A stretch of DNA of 64,000 nucleotides, from assembly GCA_029262855.1 (NCBI GenBank), contig JAJCYP010000010.1:2108-66107 (forward strand). The letters are read 5' to 3'. Positions 45,619 through 55,456 of the stretch are shown piece by piece; position 1 is the stretch's first letter, and every line of letters starts with the position of its first letter. Made by a program: the position numbers and the translations under genes. Source of the DNA: Bacteroidota bacterium. GTDB lineage: Bacteria; Bacteroidota; Rhodothermia; Rhodothermales; UBA10348. The notes under the pieces are model-generated. The model saw only the letters and a program-made list of their open reading frames with translations. It was not told the origin of the DNA and searched no databases.

Positions 45619-47499
45619 TCATTGCAGCCTCAGCGTCCTGGTGTCACTTCCTCCTTTCTGCGAAACAACACGAAGCTCTACGCTCTCACCCCGCGTGCCC
45701 TGGATAATCCACTCGAAGCTCTGCCTTCTTCCTGAACCGTCCGTGGCCTGGAGGAAACTGGTCTTGGCCGAGCCGGACAGGAGCGCCTCCGGCTCGATAT
45801 CCAGCTGAACCATGGTGGGCCGCACCGATCGGGACCGAACACCCTGCGCGGTCGAAGTCGGCAGGAATCCTGCATTTTCGATCTCGGCCTTGATGCGGAA
45901 GATCCCACCGCCTTCGCTGATCACCTCGGCCTCGGCTATCTGAACGTCTGCGAACAGGGTCGCGAGATGGGCGACGAATCCGCCCTGCTTCGGACCCAGT
46001 TCCGCGATCATGCTCGCGGGCGGATTCACGGCCTGGTACGGCTTGAATCCCCCGATCTCTACTGCGCCCAACTCCGGGTGATCGTAAGAAGACCACTCGG
46101 CGAAGCCGTCGATGTCGTTCGCGTCCATCCACTTCAAGAGGGCCGCATCGGCTGAGGCTGAAGCGCCACCAGCCCCGCGACCGCCAGCCCCGCGACCGGG
46201 TGCGGCGGCGGCGGGTGCGGCGGCGCCGGGTGCGTCTCGACCGCCCTCACTGGCCGATGTATCCGCCGCCACCGTCGGGGCCCAGCCGGGCGTGCTGAAT
46301 GCAGGGACACCGTACTGATAGTATCCATACTGGAAGAGGGCGCCTTCCGGCTTTCGGATGGGCGGCACGCCCTCCAGACCCGTCGTCTCCTTGTACCCGT
46401 CGCTGACCGCCTTGAAGTACGCCAAGTCGCCACGGTCGACGGTTGTTGCCGGCCTCGTCCCGCCACCTCTTCCGCCGCCACCACCTTGATTCCCTTGCTG
46501 ACCGAATCCGCCGAATCGCCCGAATCCGCGGGTCTGGGTCTGGAAGACGCCCACATCGCGAGCGCCCGCCACCGAGGCATCGGCGAATGACCACAGGTCC
46601 AGTCCTTTCGCGGGGCTCAGTTCTCCCTTGTCGTTTGGTGCCGTGACCAAGTTGTCACTCGCGCCATAGACCAGCATTACGGCGACGTTGCGGTTCGCGA
46701 TGACGAAATCCAGAACGGCACGGGACTCGCGCTCGCTGGCCATGTGGATACCCGCTCCGGCCTCGTAATAGGGATACTCGTGCTGAAAATTCCGATTGAT
46801 GTCGACGCCACCGTCGCCGTCGTCGTTGTAAAACCCATCGCCGTCGCTATCCCGGCCCTCCCAGTAGATCGTGTGGGTACCGGCCTCCCCTTCAGAGGCG
46901 TCGGCCTTCTTCATCAGACGGGACTCGTCCGGATCGATCATGTAGTCGCCCTTGGGATCTGGAACCCGCATGACCGTGATCAGACCGTCTCCGTTGAGGT
47001 CTTCCGGCCCGTCCTCGTTCATGCGCGCGTCGTTGTCGTCGTCATAATCCGAGGCATTGAAGGGACTTCCCGTCTGAACCCGCGCGAACGCCCTCTCGGC
47101 ACCATCTGGATTGACGCGTGGAATAAAGTAGAAGGCCGACTCGTCCAGCCTGGCCTTGACATCCGCATCGGTTGCATAGGACTCCAGCAGGTAGCGAATC
47201 GCCTCCAGACTCAGTTCGCTCCCGACGAGTTGGTTGCCTTCCAGGTTGGCGGCCACCAGTACGGCCGGCCGTTCTTTCAACGGTGTGCCCTGGCGATTGC
47301 CGATGGTCACGAGCCAGACCTCCCGGCCCTCGAGAGTCGTGCCGATGGACTCTGCCGTGGCCAGCCCAGGATGGCCCGCCACAAGGGCGTTTACCTGTCG
47401 TGTCAGCGCGTCGTAGGTATGGTAGCCCTCAAGGGTCTGGGCCGATACCGTGTTGGGTAGGACCAGCAGGACCAGAAGAAATGTGAGGCGAGTGAACAT
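45619..47499 (-). CDS. M14 family paralog lacking zinc ligands (probable pseudopeptidase)
   Basis: Colinear with the downstream gene, but EGNQ for HGNE, LVYGAS for SYHNS, FSTPGW for FSNELW; two Gly/Ala-rich inserts. Confidence 0.85.
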   Translation of the reverse strand: MFTRLTFLLVLLVLPNTVSAQTLEGYHTYDALTRQVNALVAGHPGLATAESIGTTLEGREVWLVTIGNRQGTPLKERPAVLVAANLEGNQLVGSELSLEAIRYLLESYATDADVKARLDESAFYFIPRVNPDGAERAFARVQTGSPFNASDYDDDNDARMNEDGPEDLNGDGLITVMRVPDPKGDYMIDPDESRLMKKADASEGEAGTHTIYWEGRDSDGDGFYNDDGDGGVDINRNFQHEYPYYEAGAGIHMASERESRAVLDFVIANRNVAVMLVYGASDNLVTAPNDKGELSPAKGLDLWSFADASVAGARDVGVFQTQTRGFGRFGGFGQQGNQGGGGGRGGGTRPATTVDRGDLAYFKAVSDGYKETTGLEGVPPIRKPEGALFQYGYYQYGVPAFSTPGWAPTVAADTSASEGGRDAPGAAAPAAAAPGRGAGGRGAGGASASADAALLKWMDANDIDGFAEWSSYDHPELGAVEIGGFKPYQAVNPPASMIAELGPKQGGFVAHLATLFADVQIAEAEVISEGGGIFRIKAEIENAGFLPTSTAQGVRSRSVRPTMVQLDIEPEALLSGSAKTSFLQATDGSGRRQSFEWIIQGTRGESVELRVVSQKGGSDTRTLRLQ

Positions 47500-47612
47500 G
47501 CCGGAGGGAGAGGTTGCGTGGGAGTCTCTGGGAGGGGTTCAACGCAGAAGATAGATCCGGTCCCGTGTGTCAATTGTGGCATTTCTGTCACCGTGTCTCC
47601 CCGCACCCCGCC

Positions 47613-49853
47613 CTACAGCAGAATCAGGTAGGTCAGCTTGGCGACTCCCAGCCGGTCGTTCAGCACAAGATTCCGACGGGGGTCGAAGATGTCTTCGCCA
47701 TCCTGGACCAGATGGTAGTTGGTGTTGATCACCAGGAAGAGATCCGAGCCCGGCGTATGAATCCAATCCACCCGGATGTTGGCGGCCACGTCCCGGGAAA
47801 AGTTGTCGTACTGCAGGAGCGCGCTGGCGAAGAGTTTCCGACCCCCTGCGGCCTGGATGTTCAGCGAGACCGTGGTCGCATCAAACGACCCGTTGTCGAT
47901 GGGGAGATCGATGATCGAGTGGTTGAAACCGCTCTCAAACTTGAGATACTTGGATTGCCGAAAGCCCAGGCCGCCATTCAGATTCGTTCTCGTACCCCCA
48001 AAGAATCCCGATCGTGAGACACCCATCTGGACAAATCCTCTGCGACTCGGGTCCGTACTCCCCCTGAAGGAAGCGCTGTTCTCGTAGTAGTCGCCGGCAA
48101 GGATCTCGGCATTGGGGCGAATGAAGAACGATCCCTCCAGACGATCAAACGCTCGGCTCAGGGAGAGCGTAAAGCGGTCGCGTCGCTCCAGGCTGAAGCT
48201 GCTGATCAGTGAGTAGGTCCAGCTCTGCTTCTCGTTATCCTGCCCCGTGATATAGTGCCCTCCCGTCATGACCGAGACGCGCCTGATGGGGTGGCGGTCG
48301 CTCTGAAGCAGCGGAGACCAGGAGGCGTCGTAATCGTAGCGCCGCATGTCTCGTCGAGAGACGAAGCCCAGAGCCGGCGCGTAATTCGTCGACACGCTGC
48401 GGTAGCCGACGCTGCCTCCCCACAGATCGTCGGCCATCCGAAGGGAGAGTTCACCAGCCGAACCGCCATCGAGATCCGCGTCACTGTCGGAGATCCCGGT
48501 GACCCAGGCATTCACGCTGGAGGAAGACCAGAACCTGCTCTGGAAGTCCGCCCCAAAGGCCCGGTTGAAACGGTCACCCTGATCCAGATTGGTGAAGATG
48601 ATACCGGCCGTTGATCGCCCGGACAGGGTCGTTCTCAGCCGAGCGACGGCGTTGTTCGACGCCGGGAGCGAAAGGTCATCGTCCTTCCGGGTCTGAATGT
48701 TCAGCAGGCCGACCGAGAGCTTACCAACCTGACCGGTCAGACGGGCGCCTGCCAGGATTTCGTTCGAGATCCCGATGCGTCGGGAAAAGAAGGTCTGGGT
48801 GTTTCGGGCGGCCCCGTGGGTGAACAGCCCGGATCGCTCGAGAAAGAACTCCCGCTTCTCCGGAAAGAAGAGATTGAAACGCGTCAGATTCAACTGTACC
48901 GCATCGGCTTCCACCTGGGCAAAGTCTGTGTTGACCGTCAGATCCAGCGTCAGGTTGGACGTGATGCCGTACTTCACGTCCACCCCGAGATCACGCGTGA
49001 AGTCAGACTCGGTGGGCTTCAGAGCCAGGTCGTCACGAACCTCCTGAGCCCCGGTGATGATGTAGGGCTTGATCTCGATGTTCTTCCCCCGGTGCAGATT
49101 CTTGAGCCCTTCCAGCCGTCCATACTGGGATACGGTCAGAATGCCGCGGGTAAAGCTCCGCGGTATGAAGGGCCAGATGACCTGCTCGTTCTTCCGATTG
49201 ATGCGCCGTTCGACGGCCAGCCCCATGACCGGCTGATCTTCCTTTGAGAACCGGATTTGGCGGAAGGGTATCGCGACTTCCAGGGTCCACCCCTCTTCGT
49301 CGATGTTGCCTTCGGAGTAGTACACCGAGTCCCAGCTCCAATCGTCCATGGACATGGACTCATCTGTGATGGTCGCGTCATCCTGTGTGCCGAGCGGATT
49401 CATCTCGAACAGGTAGGCGTTCCGGTCATCGTCATAGGTGTCGATGGTCAACCAGATGTGATCATCCTTGTCGATGCGGCCTCCACGCTCAAAAATGTTG
49501 GCGCGTATTTCCGATGGGCTCGAGTCGAAGAACCTGAAGCCGAAATAGAGGTGGTCGTCGTCGAATGCGATGCGCATTTCGCTGCGCTCGGTCGGCTCCG
49601 CCCCTTCTTCTGGCCAGCGCTGCTTGAAATCGGTGATCGGAGAGATGGTCGACCAAATGGCGTCGTCCAGCCTGCCATCGATTTTCGGCGCCGTTTCCGC
49701 ATAGTGGGCACGTGCTTCGGCAAGGGCAGGAGCGCGAGCCTGGGCGCCTACGGTCGCGGGCAGAACCAGTACGGAGAGGAAGACAAACGCGAGCGCCTTG
49801 GCGACCGGCAAGAAAGAGCGGTCGCGGTTCACGGGTTGGCGTGCTGAGAACAT
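47613..49853 (-). CDS. CBM9-like + DUF5916 outer-membrane beta-barrel-like protein
   Basis: PKIDGRLDDAIW, FKQRWPEEG, NPLGTQDD, TVNTDFAQVEAD, NLFFPEKREFFLE; C-terminal KLTYLILL. Confidence 0.85.
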   Translation of the reverse strand: MFSARQPVNRDRSFLPVAKALAFVFLSVLVLPATVGAQARAPALAEARAHYAETAPKIDGRLDDAIWSTISPITDFKQRWPEEGAEPTERSEMRIAFDDDHLYFGFRFFDSSPSEIRANIFERGGRIDKDDHIWLTIDTYDDDRNAYLFEMNPLGTQDDATITDESMSMDDWSWDSVYYSEGNIDEEGWTLEVAIPFRQIRFSKEDQPVMGLAVERRINRKNEQVIWPFIPRSFTRGILTVSQYGRLEGLKNLHRGKNIEIKPYIITGAQEVRDDLALKPTESDFTRDLGVDVKYGITSNLTLDLTVNTDFAQVEADAVQLNLTRFNLFFPEKREFFLERSGLFTHGAARNTQTFFSRRIGISNEILAGARLTGQVGKLSVGLLNIQTRKDDDLSLPASNNAVARLRTTLSGRSTAGIIFTNLDQGDRFNRAFGADFQSRFWSSSSVNAWVTGISDSDADLDGGSAGELSLRMADDLWGGSVGYRSVSTNYAPALGFVSRRDMRRYDYDASWSPLLQSDRHPIRRVSVMTGGHYITGQDNEKQSWTYSLISSFSLERRDRFTLSLSRAFDRLEGSFFIRPNAEILAGDYYENSASFRGSTDPSRRGFVQMGVSRSGFFGGTRTNLNGGLGFRQSKYLKFESGFNHSIIDLPIDNGSFDATTVSLNIQAAGGRKLFASALLQYDNFSRDVAANIRVDWIHTPGSDLFLVINTNYHLVQDGEDIFDPRRNLVLNDRLGVAKLTYLILL

Positions 49854-49941
49854 TCGAATATTCCGGTTGGGGTTCGGGCGATTGCGTCTTCCGAAAGCCC
49901 CGGTGCCGAGCCGCCCCAAAGAAACGGCCGATTTCGTCACT

Positions 49942-49971
49942 CGACAACCCATAACCCGACAACCCGTAACC
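49942..49971. repeat. Tandem 15-bp repeat built of four NNAACCC-like units
   Basis: CGACAACCCATAACC CGACAACCCGTAACC in the divergent DUF5916/phoX spacer. Confidence 0.8.
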
Positions 49972-49990
49972 CATCTGGAAAAACGAGGAG

Positions 49991-50025
49991 CGCGCTATTG
50001 ACTAGCGCGTGCATGTTTACTTTTG
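49991..50025 (+). promoter_or_regulatory. Candidate phoX promoter (TTG-N17-TACTTTTG) with a palindrome over the -33 element
   Basis: CGCGCTA-TTGAC-TAGCGCG at 49991..50009; TAnnTTTG at 50018..50025, 25 bp before the ATG. Confidence 0.55.
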
Positions 50026-50050
50026 GCTTCTCAGACAACGATCCCCACCC

Positions 50051-51412
50051 ATGACCCTTTCCCGTCGCCACTTCCTCCGCAACGCCGGTGCCGCAGCCAT
50101 CGGATTCAGCAGCCTGCAGCAGTTTGTCGGCTGCGCTCCGGCCCCGCGCGATTTTGGGGCTCTCGTATCGGACCCCGAGGGCCTGTTTGACCTGCCCAAG
50201 GGATTTTCCTACCGCATCATTTCCCGATATGGCGAGGAGATGGCCGATGGGCTGCTGGTTCCCCATCGACCCGACGGCATGGCGGCCTTTCCGGGACCCG
50301 GCGGCTTGACGCTCCTGGTGCGGAATCATGAAGTGCATGGTCGAACCGCCGGACCGGAGGAAGGCGCGTTTGGCGCGGACCTGTCCCGACTTCCATTGAT
50401 CGGTGACCGAATTTTCGATGCCGGCAATGAGGGCTTTGCACCAGCGCTCGGCGGCACCACGACGATTGTCTATGACACCCGGACCGGCGAGACCGTGCGT
50501 CAATTCCTGAGTCTGGCCGGGACGATCCGCAACTGCGCCGGCGGTCCGACCCCGTGGAATTCCTGGCTGACCTGCGAGGAAGACACCATGCCGGCCAACA
50601 ACAGGTACCGCATGAATCACGGGTGGCTGTTTGAGGTCCCCGCCACGGCGGACCCGGCGCTTGCAGACCCGACCCCGATCCGGGACGCCGGGCGATTCTA
50701 TCGGGAGGCGGTCGCGGTCGACCCGGACACGGGAATCGTCTACATGACCGAAGACCTGGGAGATGGCCTTCTCTACCGCTACATACCCAACGTCCCGGGC
50801 GACCTGCATGAGGGAGGACGCGTTGACGCACTGGCGTTCGTCGAAGGACCGGACCTGGACATCCGGAATCGCGGCGCCCAGCGTTTTGAGCCCGGTCGTT
50901 CAGCCGCGGTAGAGTGGGTCCCCATGACCGACCTCGACAACCCCAATGACGACCTGCGAATTCGGGGCCGCGAACTCGGCGCGGCGCGGTTGGCGCGTGC
51001 GGAGGGCATCGCCTACGCGGATGGTCAGATCTTCATTGCCTGCACCGACGGCGGGTTGAACCGGGAAGGACAGATTCTTCGGTACGTGCCCAGCGCCCAT
51101 GAAGGAACCGATCGCGAGTCGGAGGCACCCGGCATGCTGCAACTGTACGCGGAGCCCAACAACACGGACCTGCTGGAGAACTGCGACAACCTGACGGTTG
51201 CGCCCTGGGGCGATGTTGTCATTGCCGAGGACGCCAGCACGCACCCGCGCCTTTCGATGATCAACTCCAAGGGCGAGATCAAGATCATCGGACGAAACAG
51301 CCGGTCCAACTCCGAACTGGCTGGTCCCTGCTTCTCCCCGGACGGCTCGACGCTGTTCGTCAACATCCAGCACGAAGGAGTTACCTTGGCGATCACTGGT
51401 CCCTGGGTCTGA
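50051..51412 (+). CDS. phoX: PhoX-family alkaline phosphatase (DUF839), Tat-exported
   Basis: SRRHFL Tat motif; PDGMAAF, RNHE, NCAGG.TPW..WLTCEE, GRFYREAVAVD, DNL, ELAGPCFSPDG.TLFVNIQH. Confidence 0.9.
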   Translation: MTLSRRHFLRNAGAAAIGFSSLQQFVGCAPAPRDFGALVSDPEGLFDLPKGFSYRIISRYGEEMADGLLVPHRPDGMAAFPGPGGLTLLVRNHEVHGRTAGPEEGAFGADLSRLPLIGDRIFDAGNEGFAPALGGTTTIVYDTRTGETVRQFLSLAGTIRNCAGGPTPWNSWLTCEEDTMPANNRYRMNHGWLFEVPATADPALADPTPIRDAGRFYREAVAVDPDTGIVYMTEDLGDGLLYRYIPNVPGDLHEGGRVDALAFVEGPDLDIRNRGAQRFEPGRSAAVEWVPMTDLDNPNDDLRIRGRELGAARLARAEGIAYADGQIFIACTDGGLNREGQILRYVPSAHEGTDRESEAPGMLQLYAEPNNTDLLENCDNLTVAPWGDVVIAEDASTHPRLSMINSKGEIKIIGRNSRSNSELAGPCFSPDGSTLFVNIQHEGVTLAITGPWV

Positions 51413-51425
51413 TTCCCTGCTACCG

Positions 51426-52193
51426 ATGATGCTTCGCTCCATTCCTGTTTTTGTCCGGACTGCAGCCGTTCTGATGGCAGTGGTTCTGTCCGGCTGCGGG
51501 TCCAGCCAGCCCCTGGCCATCCAGTCGGATCCGGCTGATGTGGTCACCTACACGGTCGTCAACGACTCCGTCGGGGAGGATGCGGCCATGCTGCAGCTTG
51601 TGGCTCCCTACTCGGAGGAGATGGCCTCCCAGATTTCAGAGGTTGTGGGCCGGGCCGAAGTCGAAATCAGGGAGGGCCGACCCGAAGGTCCGCTGGGGAC
51701 GTTCGCCGCAGAGGCGATGCTCAGCGTCGTCCAGGGCCTGACCGACCGGCCGGTCGACATGGCGCTGACCAACAATGGTGGATTACGGGCACCAATCGGT
51801 CCGGGCGAGATCACGGTCGGCAAGATGTTCGAACTCATGCCGTTCGACAACATGATGATCGTTCTCGATCTGAGCGCTGCCCAGGTAGATCAGCTTGCCC
51901 AGGAGCTGGCAGGAGTCGGTGGCGATCCGGTCGCAGGCTTCTCGTTTACCATTACTGCGGATGAGAAGGCCATTGATGTTCGGGTGGGTGGCGAGGATCT
52001 CGACCCCGATCGCACCTACCGACTTGTCACCTCGGACTACCTGGCCAATGGCGGCGGACCCTATGAGGTACTCTGGGAAGCGCTCGAGCGCGATGAGGTC
52101 GCGTATCTGTTACGCGATGCCTTCACCGAGCACCTGCGCGCCATCGGAGTCGTCGAAAACCGGACTGACGGGTTGATACGGAGAGTACCATGA
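51426..52193 (+). CDS. 5'-nucleotidase C-terminal (substrate-binding) domain lipoprotein
   Basis: Lipobox LSGC; NNGGLRAPI, ELMPFDN, TSDYLANGG. Confidence 0.9.
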   Translation: MMLRSIPVFVRTAAVLMAVVLSGCGSSQPLAIQSDPADVVTYTVVNDSVGEDAAMLQLVAPYSEEMASQISEVVGRAEVEIREGRPEGPLGTFAAEAMLSVVQGLTDRPVDMALTNNGGLRAPIGPGEITVGKMFELMPFDNMMIVLDLSAAQVDQLAQELAGVGGDPVAGFSFTITADEKAIDVRVGGEDLDPDRTYRLVTSDYLANGGGPYEVLWEALERDEVAYLLRDAFTEHLRAIGVVENRTDGLIRRVP

Positions 52194-53107
52194 GGCGGAG
52201 GAAGTTTCTTCAGACGTTTGCCGCTGGCGCCATTGGTACATCGCTGATGCCGCTGGAGGCGCTCGGGTCGGATGAGATTCGGCTCGTGATCCTGCATACG
52301 AATGACACGCACTCCCGCATCGACCCGTTTCCCGTCGATGGGAGCCGGAACTCGGGCCTTGGAGGTGTGGCGCGGCGCGCCAGACTGATCCAGCGAATCC
52401 GAGCGGCGCAGCCAAACGTCCTGCTGCTTGATTCAGGAGACATCTTCCAGGGCACGCCCTACTTCAACTTCTACCACGGGGAGATCGAGTTCAAGGCCAT
52501 GGCGGCGATGGGCTACGACGTGGCGACCATCGGCAACCATGACTTCGATCTGGGTGTCGAAGGGTTCGTGGCCATGCAGCCCCACGCCAATTGGGAGTGG
52601 GTCTCGGCCAACTATGACGTGTCGGGCTCCGGCATGGCGCCCTTCGTCAAGCCGTTCACGATTCGCGAAATCGCGGGCGTAATGGTGGGCATTTTCGGTG
52701 TTGGCGTAGACTTCGATCGGCTCGTCCTGGCGTCTCTCCACGAGGGCGTCACCTACAGCGATCCCATTGTGGTGGCCAAACAGACCGCATTGCATCTGCG
52801 GGAATTGGGCTGCGATGTGGTGATCTGCCTCTCGCATCTCGGACATCGCTCGCGCGGAGACCGTCCGTCCGATACGGCGGTCGGTCAGGAAGTGCCGGAA
52901 ATCGACATCGTGCTGGGCGGACACTCCCACACGTTCCTGGACGAGCCGGAGATTATCCAGCGGCAGTCAGGCTTCACGCTGGTCCACCAAGTCGGCTTCG
53001 CCGGCATCCGGCTCGGCCGCATCGACCTGGTCCTGAACCGCGAAGGGCGGACGCGAAGGTGGTTCTCGAGTACCTATGACGTGGACGCGCGGCTCGACCA
53101 CGTGTAG
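52190..53107 (+). CDS. 5'-nucleotidase N-terminal metallophosphoesterase domain, Tat signal
   Basis: RRRKFL; HTNDTHS, DSGDIFQGTP, GNHDFD, LSHLG, GGHSH; ATGA overlap. Confidence 0.92.
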   Translation: MRRRKFLQTFAAGAIGTSLMPLEALGSDEIRLVILHTNDTHSRIDPFPVDGSRNSGLGGVARRARLIQRIRAAQPNVLLLDSGDIFQGTPYFNFYHGEIEFKAMAAMGYDVATIGNHDFDLGVEGFVAMQPHANWEWVSANYDVSGSGMAPFVKPFTIREIAGVMVGIFGVGVDFDRLVLASLHEGVTYSDPIVVAKQTALHLRELGCDVVICLSHLGHRSRGDRPSDTAVGQEVPEIDIVLGGHSHTFLDEPEIIQRQSGFTLVHQVGFAGIRLGRIDLVLNREGRTRRWFSSTYDVDARLDHV

Positions 53108-53220
53108 TGGTTCGTGACGGTTCTCCTACCGATTTGTGGTCAATGTGCCATTGGATCGTGACAACTTGACGGTCCACCGCCCCGTTTAGTCTGTAGTCAC
53201 AAAACCAATTGGAGACTACA

Positions 53221-54126
53221 ATGACCACTGGAAATAGATGGATGGCGCTGGGGCTCGTGGCCCTCATGGCCACGGCTCCCGCTGCCGCCCGCCAGACCAC
53301 CAACAGAATTGAGCGTCTGAGTACCGACCTTGAGTTGTCGGAAACACAGAAGTCTGCCATCGCCGGCTCAGTCCAGTCTGGAGAACGGAGTCTCTGGACG
53401 CTGGCCACCGCGCTGCAGCAGAATCTCACCGTAGAGCAGAAGGAGAAATTCCTGGCGCAGGGTGAACGCATGATTGCCTTTGGCAAGGGTGTCCAGACGG
53501 GACGGCGCCAGGCAATCGCGAATCAGGCGTCTGCCCGAGGACGAGTGGCACCACGCGAAAGGGCTCGCCGAGACGGCCAGGGCCGAGGTCCTCAGATTCG
53601 CTCACGGCAGCCTGTCGTGGACCGCATGATCGACTCATTGACCGATGAGCAGAAGGTCGAGCTGAAGGCGCTTCGCGAATCGAATGGCGAAAAAATGAGA
53701 GCTCTTCGGGAGTCCGTTCGGTCCGGAGAGGTGGACCGGGAGGATGCCCGCAAGCAGATGGGCGCGATGCGCGAGTCCATGCGTGAAGAGGCTGATGCCG
53801 TCCTGACCGACGAGCAGAAGATCCGCATGAAGGAGATGCAGAACCGGCAGCGTGCCCGGACCGCCTCACGGCGGACGCGCGGCTCAACGCTGGTGGATCG
53901 ACCGCAGCGGGGCGTCAGGACGCTGGGACGCGGTCATTCGCCCGAGGCGGCCGCCGAGATGGCTACGGCGCTTGGGCTGAGCGACGCGCAGGTCGAGCTG
54001 ATCAAGATCCACGCCACGCTGACGGCCGCCGGCTCCATGCAGCGGGCTGGGGCGGTTCGGAATCGCGGCGGCGGCAATCGCAGCAGCGGCAATCGCGGCG
54101 GCAGGCGCTCAAACGGCGCTCGTTAG
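53221..54126 (+). CDS. Secreted Spy/CpxP-like helical protein
   Basis: Signal peptide; repeated LSETQK, LTVEQK, LTDEQK, LSDAQ motifs; Arg-rich. Confidence 0.7.
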   Translation: MTTGNRWMALGLVALMATAPAAARQTTNRIERLSTDLELSETQKSAIAGSVQSGERSLWTLATALQQNLTVEQKEKFLAQGERMIAFGKGVQTGRRQAIANQASARGRVAPRERARRDGQGRGPQIRSRQPVVDRMIDSLTDEQKVELKALRESNGEKMRALRESVRSGEVDREDARKQMGAMRESMREEADAVLTDEQKIRMKEMQNRQRARTASRRTRGSTLVDRPQRGVRTLGRGHSPEAAAEMATALGLSDAQVELIKIHATLTAAGSMQRAGAVRNRGGGNRSSGNRGGRRSNGAR

Positions 54127-54164
54127 TGTTAGTCGAACCGAGCCGAACCCGGCCCAGCCGAACC

Positions 54165-55352
54165 TCAGCTGCGAGCCGCGTCCACCCGCTCCTTGATCTC
54201 GGCCAACGAATCGCCTCCGAATTTTTCGAGGACGGCATTCGCGATCGTCAAGGCAACGGTGGATTCGGCAACCGTGGAAGCCGCCGGCACTGAAGTCACA
54301 TCACTCCGCTCGTAGCGCGTGGGCTGCGCCTCTCCGGAGGCAATATCCACCGTTGCGAGCGGTTTGATCAGGGTAGGAATTGGCTTCATGTACCCTCGGA
54401 CCACGATGGGCTGGCCGTTTGACATGCCGCCCTCAATCCCGCCAGCGCGGTTCTGGGTTCGGCCGTACCCCTCCGAATCGCCCGTGATGGGATCGTGGAT
54501 GTGCGAACCCGGCTCCGTCGCGGCCGCGATCCCGTCGCCGACCTCGACCGCCTTCTGGGCCTGGATGGACATGACGGCCTGGGCCAGTTGCCCATCGAGT
54601 CTGCGATCCCAGTGCACGTACGATCCAAGGCCCACGGGGACGCCGGTTACCATCACCTCGTAGGCGCCGCCCAGCGAATCGCCCGCCTTCTTGGTCTCCT
54701 TGATGTGCTCAATGCAGCGAGCGGTCATCTCTGGGCTCAGCATGCGTGTTTCGCTCTCGTCAGCCGCCCGGTAGAGTGCGCCAGCCCCGCCCCTGGCAAT
54801 GAGGCCCGACGTCAGAGCCGACCATTCGCGCGAATGGTCAAACCCGACCGCTCCGATCCGCAGGACGTGTGAGCCCACTTCGATTCCGAGCGCACTGAGA
54901 AACGCGCGGGCAACCGAACAACAAGCAACCCGCATGGCCGTCTCCCGGGCGCTGGATCGTTCGATGACCGGGCGGATGTCGTCGAAGCCGTACTTCTGGG
55001 TACCAACCAAGTCGGCATGACCCGGACGCGGGAGCGTGACCTTTTCCACGCCTTCGCCGCTGCCTTCGAGTGCCATGACCCCCGGCCATCCAGACCGGTC
55101 CCGCGTGAAAGCCTCGTTGTCGAGGCGCATCGCGATGGGACTTCCCATCGTTTCGCCAAAACGAACGCCCGAATAGATGTGGATCTGATCGTGCTCAAAC
55201 TTGGCGCGACCACCGCGACCATAGCCCAGCCACCTGCGGCCCAGTTGCTCGTTTATTCCGGCGCGCGTGACCGGCACACCGGCCGGCATGCCTTCCACTA
55301 TACCGATGAGCGCCTCGCCGTGAGACTCGCCTGCCGTGAGATATCGGATCAT
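54165..55352 (-). CDS. aroC: Chorismate synthase
   Basis: MIRYLTAGESHG, PRPGHAD, ERSSARETA, RAGGIEGGMSNG, MKPIPTL, RSDV. Confidence 0.98.
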   Translation of the reverse strand: MIRYLTAGESHGEALIGIVEGMPAGVPVTRAGINEQLGRRWLGYGRGGRAKFEHDQIHIYSGVRFGETMGSPIAMRLDNEAFTRDRSGWPGVMALEGSGEGVEKVTLPRPGHADLVGTQKYGFDDIRPVIERSSARETAMRVACCSVARAFLSALGIEVGSHVLRIGAVGFDHSREWSALTSGLIARGGAGALYRAADESETRMLSPEMTARCIEHIKETKKAGDSLGGAYEVMVTGVPVGLGSYVHWDRRLDGQLAQAVMSIQAQKAVEVGDGIAAATEPGSHIHDPITGDSEGYGRTQNRAGGIEGGMSNGQPIVVRGYMKPIPTLIKPLATVDIASGEAQPTRYERSDVTSVPAASTVAESTVALTIANAVLEKFGGDSLAEIKERVDAARS

Positions 55353-55456
55353 ATTCTTCTTGCTGGAAACGGCGCAAACTAGGCCCTTCCGGGCTATTTC
55401 GAGCCGAACTTTACGTGCAGGAGGGAATTAGGGGTGTTTCTGTTTTCGATTCGCCG

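Noticed and set aside
54131-54165. CCGAA/CCGAG pentamer-like run between convergent genes
   Set aside because: Short, imperfect and explainable as low complexity.
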